The notes under the pieces: generated by a model
What the model was told of the DNA's origin: nothing
Database searches by the model: none
Seen by the model: only the letters and a program-made list of their open reading frames with translations
DNA from: Mayamaea pseudoterrestris
Taxonomy: Eukaryota
NCBI GenBank assembly: GCA_027923505.1
Contig: BROI01000021.1
Span: 186,001 to 250,000, forward strand
DNA length: 64,000 nucleotides
Direction of reading: 5' to 3'
Position numbers and translations under genes: made by a program
Part shown: positions 57,253 through 64,000 of the stretch, one piece after another
How positions within the stretch are numbered: the stretch's first letter is position 1
Layout of the letters: every line of letters starts with the position of its first letter

Positions 57253-58632
57253 ATGTTGGAAAAAGTTGCACAAAACCTGGAGAATGTTCACGATTCTCCT
57301 AGCGAGCAGCTTTTGTGTGACGAATCGATTCAAACGAACAAAGAAGCTGATGCAGAAATGAACTTTGCGCTGCAAAAGTACGCAACAGGTAAAATCGACG
57401 AACTGCAAAATGATTTGGCGCCGCTCAATGCAACTTGCGTCACATCCAATCAATCCAAGCGCAGAAAGAAACGACTTGCTGGCCGGACTGATCTTCAGTC
57501 ATTGCACGACGAGCTGGACGAAACAGTTGCGTCCCTCGGAATTATTGCACTAACTGGAGACGAAGCAGACAGCTTTTCGAGCGCATCTAATTCCAGCGCG
57601 GCCTCCAACCAGTTTGTCTTGAGCAACATGCAGGCAGTGGCAACTACGACTACAGCCATGCCATTAGGCACTGGCCACAGCGTTGCTACGTCCAGATCCA
57701 AACGTTCGACTCGATCATCAAGATCTTGCCGGAGTGGATGGCCACGAAAGCGTCTGGAGGAGGCTGTTTATGCCACCATACTCGAGGCGTCGCGGACCAA
57801 GCTGAGCAGAGAGGATGATGACCAATCAGCAACCGCAGATAGTGTCGCCTCGACTGCCGACTACATATTGAAAGATCTTGATCATTTGTCGGCGGTGTAT
57901 GGGAGGGCGCTGCCTACGAGTCAAACCGACCCGTTCATGCTTTTTCAACAGTTCCAGCCCCTTCCGATTATCCCATCAGGCACAATGGCGAGCGAGGATT
58001 CATCGCTTAAATCAATTGAGATGCAACAGCCATCCATGACGCAGTCCGACGAGCATACAATGTTGGTTCGTTCGTTGTCGGACAACGATCCTTGGCACCA
58101 CAAAATTGACGACTTGGACGAGGTTGAACCGTTCGCCAATGCAATTTCATTTCAACAGGAAAACGAAATTTTGCAAGAGTCGATGGCGTCAAGTTTCGAA
58201 CAGTCAACCCCTGCCACATCCAAGTCGATGGCGTCGAGTTTCGAACAGTCAATCCCTGCCACACCCAACGAAACGTCGGTGGACTCGGGAGTACTCTACA
58301 GTAACGATACAAATGTTCAAATTTTGGATGAACCGAGTTCTGCTGCGTCAAGTCATTGTCGTGGTCACGCGGATGATGAAGTCCGACAGACAGCTCCCAT
58401 GTCGGACCTATTTGCCAGCAACTGTTCCAGGGATGGTTTAGATGATGATGCGAATGACAATCATTGGATTACTTTTGGAGAAGAAGACGACAACCCTTTT
58501 GTATCTACCAACCCTTCGGAAAAGTCTTTGAGTGCAAAGACTAACTACTCCTATCCCTATATTCGCTCTAGTTGGAAGAGCAGCGAAATGGGTTGGAAGG
58601 AAACGTCCATGAATGGTCAAGCATCCTTTTAG
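57253..58632 (+). CDS. Hypothetical Ser/Asp-rich protein
   Basis: About 460-aa ORF from ATG 57253; low complexity; contains an internal 15-aa duplication. Confidence 0.6.
   Translation: MLEKVAQNLENVHDSPSEQLLCDESIQTNKEADAEMNFALQKYATGKIDELQNDLAPLNATCVTSNQSKRRKKRLAGRTDLQSLHDELDETVASLGIIALTGDEADSFSSASNSSAASNQFVLSNMQAVATTTTAMPLGTGHSVATSRSKRSTRSSRSCRSGWPRKRLEEAVYATILEASRTKLSREDDDQSATADSVASTADYILKDLDHLSAVYGRALPTSQTDPFMLFQQFQPLPIIPSGTMASEDSSLKSIEMQQPSMTQSDEHTMLVRSLSDNDPWHHKIDDLDEVEPFANAISFQQENEILQESMASSFEQSTPATSKSMASSFEQSIPATPNETSVDSGVLYSNDTNVQILDEPSSAASSHCRGHADDEVRQTAPMSDLFASNCSRDGLDDDANDNHWITFGEEDDNPFVSTNPSEKSLSAKTNYSYPYIRSSWKSSEMGWKETSMNGQASF
58179..58268 (+). repeat. 45-bp tandem duplication (2 copies, in frame)
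   Basis: GTCGATGGCGTCAAGTTTCGAACAGTCAACCCCTGCCACATCCAA followed by a near-identical copy; encodes SMASSFEQS(T/I)PAT twice. Confidence 0.9.
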
Positions 58633-59239
58633 AGCCTTGTCGCTGTTTCCAATCGGGCACCGGTGAATGTAGCGCATGAGTAGTTCTTTTACCTTAATTA
58701 GTAAGCGACATTATGGCGTCGTATCATTTGGATATGGGCAATCTGGCGGGACGATAGATACATCAAGGTATTGGATTGGCGTAAAAGCGTTACCGCACCG
58801 ACAGCTAGCAGTTGCAAAGTACGCAACGCATGCTCCTCTTGCAAAATGCGTGCAAGCGTCACAATGCTGTTTTCCATCCCCTGGCGTTGGCAATCTGCCT
58901 TGGGGCAGACTTAGTAGCATGTCCATTGAAAGCAACCTGCGTGAGACACCGTAATGTTTGCGCAACAGCATCCCTGCCACGAACCATTTCTGTAAAAACA
59001 GTAATATCTCCGATTTGACGACTATTTTTTGTACTGTTGCTCGTTAACATCTATTGCCTGTAGCTCGCCTCGACAGGAAAGGTTCAATGGGACGTACCGT
59101 AGCGTTTTAGCTACCGGTGCAACATTCCATCTGTCGGAACCACTGCGACTTTTGAATCTCGTTTCAACGCTCGTCCGCTGCGTTCCACCATGACAATCAC
59201 AAATGTTTGAACCTTGCAGCAATCGTTACTATCCATATC

Positions 59240-60475
59240 ATGACTGATTTGGATATTAGTAATGACGCCTCCAACGACGAGAAGAAGGACTCAAATAGTC
59301 CCGTCTACCAGATTCCGCAACGAAACGACTTCGAGTCGCTCGAATACAGCTCGACTGCGGACTCGTACACGGCCTTTGCAGAGTCGTCCGTTACTGGACA
59401 TCCAGCAAAGTTTCACCAACATTCCCATGCGGATGCAACGGAGGTTGTGCATGAAATGCATCTGGCTTTATTGTATCTGCTGAGCCATCCAGATGAGTTT
59501 CATAAAGCCTTGATGGAGTCTCCTATCGGGACCGGCAGTCGAGTTGCAACGACGTTGGCTCAATGGAACGCTGAATATGACACGGAAAGTATCGTAGATG
59601 ATGGACAAGAAGGCTCAGTCCTTACATCAAAACATGAAAACAGTCTTGACAGCTACAGTAACGACAAGCAAGCTGCTCTGGCGGGATCTACACCGCTTCC
59701 CTTTGTCGTCTTTGCGGACGATGCCGAGGTTGTTCTTCCACAGGCCCATACAGCCTCGCAACTATTCGGGCTTGAACGGATTGACGGAATTGAACTGGAA
59801 GCTGCAGCAGGTATTCCTGCCATTTCGCAGCTCTTTTTGAGGTGGCTTGGTACGTTTCCTAGTGAGCGCAATGAATCCTGATCGCGAGCTTGTTGTGGCT
59901 CAGATTAATACGTTTCAATTCGTTCGTCCGCAGCACTCATGCCAGGCGGCGATCACTTGAACATCATTGATCCTCCTGGATTGACAGTAATGCGAATTGC
60001 AGGCGGAAGGTATCGCGTCACCGCCGCACACCGCGTTGTTTGGACATGGATGAATAATTTTGCCGCACTAAATGATGATACCGAGGAGGAGGTTGACAAA
60101 CTCCAGATAGGAGACTTGGTTACCATGACGATCATTGATGTTTTTGAGACGGATAATCAAGGCAAACTGTTGTCGTATTGCCCAACGTTTGACAATCGAG
60201 CGGTGCACAAGACGATGCAAACTACAGAGACCTTGATTAAATCGAGAGGAAAGCTGCTCAAGGCGCTCCACGACGCACAAAACAGCAAGTTGGCAAAACT
60301 AGTAATGGAGAAGGCTACCATAATGGGAAACATGGTCAAGCAAAGGGTTGTTGACGCTACAAAAAGTAGTTACGAATCAACGACGGGGCGGAAACGGTCG
60401 GACAGCAGTGGACCGGCCTTTTCGGATGCGGCAGTAACTCTTCATCCGGAGCAGTTTACAGTTCAGTCAGTGTAA
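59240..60475 (+). CDS. Hypothetical protein; intron 59850-59933
   Basis: GTACGT...GCAG intron joins ORFs in frame (FLRWL-A-LMPGGDH); globular-looking core. No family recognised. Confidence 0.7.
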
Positions 60476-60564
60476 CGTAAATAATAGTTTGTATTAAATA
60501 CGTAATAGTAATGGATAGCTAAATTAAATCGATTTGCATATCCCTGTGGTGTTACCGCACACAT

Positions 60565-62483
60565 TCATTCCATCATGGTGGCCATCATGGCGTTGTCCAG
60601 CTCTACAGCCCGCTTCCAGTCAGAAAGATCGGCCGCACTAGCCCGACGACTTCGAGCCTGCAGACGCGTCAATGTGAGCCACCGGTGAAAATCATTGTCG
60701 CTTGGCATGTATTCGCCCTTTAGCCTTGCCAACTCGCGTCGTCGCACAAAGTCTCCTTGGGCCTGTTCCAAAACAATTGGCGGCAAGAGAATATTCCTAT
60801 ACAAAATTCCTTTGGGCAAAAGTGCCTTTGAACTGCTTCGAGCTGCTGCCAGCGAGTTGCGCAGGCTGTGAACGACCGAATCATCGTTGCGTTCACACTG
60901 CATTATATCTCCCATCGTCAAAACTTGCACTTGCAGCAAGCACGGCAGAACCGTCAAGGACGTCATGGTAGACAGCACGATGATCCGAATGTCAGCTTCG
61001 AAAGGAATCTGGACGTTTCCTTCAAACGAATAAATCATTTTGTGACCCATTGCGAGTCGCCGGAGAATTTGCAATCGTTCAACCTGGCCCGCTGACAGTT
61101 GCTGCAGCTGCAGAGCGCCAATGTTCAAAATGAGAGTCGTGCCTTTCAGCAGCTGCAAAGATGTGGGAACGAGTCGTCCATTTCGCTTCATTGGAGGGAG
61201 CAAATCGTCCAGAGACGTGCCTGCTGTGATGCTGTGACACTGAACTGTCGGCACAATATGCATAAACATTTCAAACAATTTGGAAGCCATGACGGCGCAT
61301 TCTTCGACGCATGGTAGGACGACGTTAAGTGAGGCGCATCCCAAGGTTGTATCCTGCGGCGTTCTCACTGGAGCCCATTGCGAGGACTCATGGAGTGCTT
61401 GTCGCTCCGCCATGGAAAGTAGCGTCATCCACAATGCGAACGCTACAGTGTCAGATATGTGCAGGGCATTGGCAAGTGCAGAGATACTTGATTCACTCGT
61501 TGCTATGGTTTTTTGTTCCGTGGCTAGCAGCGAATCGATGTCATGCGCTTGATAGTAAAGAACGTGAATTCTTGGCAAGTGACGACCCGGTGGAAGCTGT
61601 ACGTTCCCCCACTCGTCGTAGTCTGGCTCCTGTACAAAGGCATCATCTCGATCGTCCAAGACACCAATAATCTCAACGATTTGGTTAAGCATGAGTTTCG
61701 ACACGAATAGCTCTGGATCCGTCTGATATTGATCGTAGTAGAGCTTGGCTAGGAAGGGGACCGTGTCGGGGTCGCTGTTGAGTTGAGACACTGGCCAAAC
61801 TTGTGAGCCGACTGTCTCCATATCCGCGTCGTGTACGTTACTAGCGTGAGTTCCGTCCTCGCCCTCATGAAATAGTCGATGACGCTTTTGCCGCTTCTCC
61901 TGTCCATCTACAAGGACGTTGCGAAACCATGGAGTAGCGAATGGAATGGGTGCAATTAGTAGAGGCGTTCGTTCAGCCAGCCGCGGTGTCTCATCCGTAA
62001 AAGCAATGTTAAAGGTTGCGTTGGATGCGAAGTATTCCGTGTCAAAAATGTCTTGCACAAAGCCAATAGCTCGGACAAGTTTCCCCGGCAGCAGACAAGA
62101 ACCGGGAATGATAGATTCACTGCCAGTCATCAACGGCTCACCGAGAAGACTTCGATCAAGCCATGGAATCGAGTCCTTTCACAGTACGAAAGAGCAGGTA
62201 GACGGAGTCAGACAGACACCAAAATGTCACTCAGTCAATGATGACAAGCAAAGATTGACGGACGCAATCGGAACATCAAGCTCGTACATAGTATACAGCA
62301 ATCAGCAATCCAAGCGGTTTCACTGTCAACCTCTCGCGCAGCACATACTTTTTCATTCGCAAGTTGTTCCCAATCAGTCTTTGTGACGAACATTCCAGAT
62401 TCCAGTTTATTCAGCCAGTCACCCTGATCATCAAGACTATTCACTGGAGTAACAATGGGGCCGTTCATGGTCCTTGTCGCCAT
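60565..62483 (-). CDS. MCMBP: Mini-chromosome maintenance complex-binding protein; predicted intron 62348-62176
   Basis: LVRAIGFVQDIFDTEYF, LPRIHVL, GRLVPTSLQLLKGT and FHRWLTLTRL motifs. A GTATGT...AAAG intron links the upstream 45-codon exon in phase 0. Confidence 0.8.
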
Positions 62484-62779
62484 GGTGCAGGACGCAGCTC
62501 AGATGCAGGATGCCGCAGCGCTAGCACACGTTGCATTGCATTGCCGAAACGCTCTGCAGTATACATACCGTTCCGACGGGCATCAATCAACGGTGCGACA
62601 CATGAATGGATGAGTCATTGTAAATGACCAGCCGTTTTCAATGTCTTCGCTGCTCATCGACTGCCGATCACCATGATGTATGTGGCAGCTATGGCAGTGA
62701 TGGCCTCTTCGGCTTCTTGGACTTGCAATGGAATAACTATACTCACAGTCAGTACTGGATTGACAACCCAAGCAGCGTC

Positions 62780-63988
62780 ATGGTTGCGTCTTTATCGTCT
62801 TTGACTGTGAGAGCAGTCTGCATGGTGCTGCTTCCGATACTTGGACTGTTAGTGACGTTCAACATTGAAATCATGCAAAACATTCAGACTCGCTTGACTG
62901 TGAACAAAACAAATCAATCGAATTATTATCTGCATTACATCGATCATAACCGAGAGCAACCGCGACCTCGTCATTTACGACTTGTCTTTATGGGTGACAG
63001 CATGACGCGTTACCAATACCTTAGCCTTGCGTACTTTTTGTCCACTGGAATCTGGTTCGAATATGGCGACGACAACGACGAGGATGAAGAGGATCTGCGG
63101 AACAAATCAACAAAAGCTCCACAAAGCTTGAGTGATTCCCGTCGTCGCAACTTCAACCTGATGCAGGCCCACTCTTTTCACAATCCGCTCAAGCCGCACG
63201 ATGATTGGAACGAATTCTTTCGACACTCCAACCAAATGCTTGCACCAAATGAAATCTGCGATTGCGAGCGCAGCGCTGATTACTCTATTGCTGTGGAACG
63301 AAGATACTTTTGGGAGAAGACACTCGACAATAAGCTTGTATACATCAACTTGAACGGCCACGAAGGGACGTCGAACCGTACTGGTTTTTACGGGCGGATG
63401 GATGCGCGTCGAGTCTTCCATGACCTATTCGACGACCAGTTCAAACTGACAAGCGGTTTCGCCTCCAACATTACAGATAGCGCCATAAAGGAGTTGCAGT
63501 GGACCAACATCAAGTCACTAATAAAACAACAATCATTGAAATGGGAGGCATTCTCATGGGGTCAAGTTTTGCAAAGGCATGTAGCAGCTCTGGGCCTTGA
63601 TGATCTTGGTTCCGTTCCAGTTGTTTTCAATGCTGGCCTTCATAAACACAACTTTCCTGATGCAGCAGAAGACCTAATACAGGCACTTAATCAAACAAAC
63701 ATGCATGGTGTATGGAAAACTACAACTTACACCAAGGGCCAATTACTCAAGTCCTCCTCTTTGTCGATTCTTCCTTGCGATGTCACCATGTGCGCCTTGC
63801 TGCCTCGCTGTTTAAACGTGTCCTGGACTTCACTTATAAATCCAGACTTGTATAGCGATCGGCTACATTTTCATGAACCGGTGTATCGAGTCATGAACGA
63901 GGAACTTTTGAATATACTTGGCGTACTACCGAAAACATACCATACGTTGAAGCTTGTCATGGGGCGGCTAGGGGCAATAAAAACATGA
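62780..63988 (+). CDS. Membrane-anchored SGNH/GDSL-type esterase or acyltransferase-like protein
   Basis: N-terminal TM helix; block I VFMGDSMTR, block III NAGLH, block V DRLH (DxxH). Confidence 0.7.
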   Translation: MVASLSSLTVRAVCMVLLPILGLLVTFNIEIMQNIQTRLTVNKTNQSNYYLHYIDHNREQPRPRHLRLVFMGDSMTRYQYLSLAYFLSTGIWFEYGDDNDEDEEDLRNKSTKAPQSLSDSRRRNFNLMQAHSFHNPLKPHDDWNEFFRHSNQMLAPNEICDCERSADYSIAVERRYFWEKTLDNKLVYINLNGHEGTSNRTGFYGRMDARRVFHDLFDDQFKLTSGFASNITDSAIKELQWTNIKSLIKQQSLKWEAFSWGQVLQRHVAALGLDDLGSVPVVFNAGLHKHNFPDAAEDLIQALNQTNMHGVWKTTTYTKGQLLKSSSLSILPCDVTMCALLPRCLNVSWTSLINPDLYSDRLHFHEPVYRVMNEELLNILGVLPKTYHTLKLVMGRLGAIKT

Positions 63989-64000
63989 CAACAGTTAATT

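Noticed and set aside
58676..59222. Short Cys-rich ORFs on both strands
   Set aside because: Under 95 aa, mutually overlapping, with no family motif or consistent splice model.
1..62483. Apparent functional cluster of DNA-replication and nucleotide genes (RRM1, SHMT, CDC6, MCMBP, PDX2)
   Set aside because: The genes are scattered among many unrelated ones with no shared motif seen; chance co-location in a compact genome is sufficient.

Overview
Compact eukaryotic genomic DNA with short GT-AG introns, most likely from a diatom (bipartite signal/transit leaders, CoDi-type retrotransposon). About 26 protein-coding genes are supported. Recognisable ones include the ribonucleotide reductase large subunit, SHMT, a PHD-finger protein, a signal-peptide-bearing proteasome alpha subunit, a HAD hydrolase, thioredoxin, a TPR+J-domain co-chaperone, PP1 inhibitor-3, two tandem bZIP paralogs, an MnmM/YtqB-like methyltransferase, an EH-domain protein, PDX2, PIG-H-like, Cdc6-like, MCMBP and an SGNH-type protein. 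The standout is a full-length Ty1/copia LTR retrotransposon (11216-16437) with identical 211-bp LTRs and a 5-bp target-site duplication (CAATG). It has no tRNA-type primer-binding site. Instead, the 14 nt after the 5' LTR are perfectly complementary to a segment inside the LTR that begins at an initiator-like motif, which suggests Tf1-style self-primed reverse transcription in a copia element. The element also carries several internal copies of its PPT motif and sits in a short divergent promoter. All calls come from reading motifs by eye; no searches were run.
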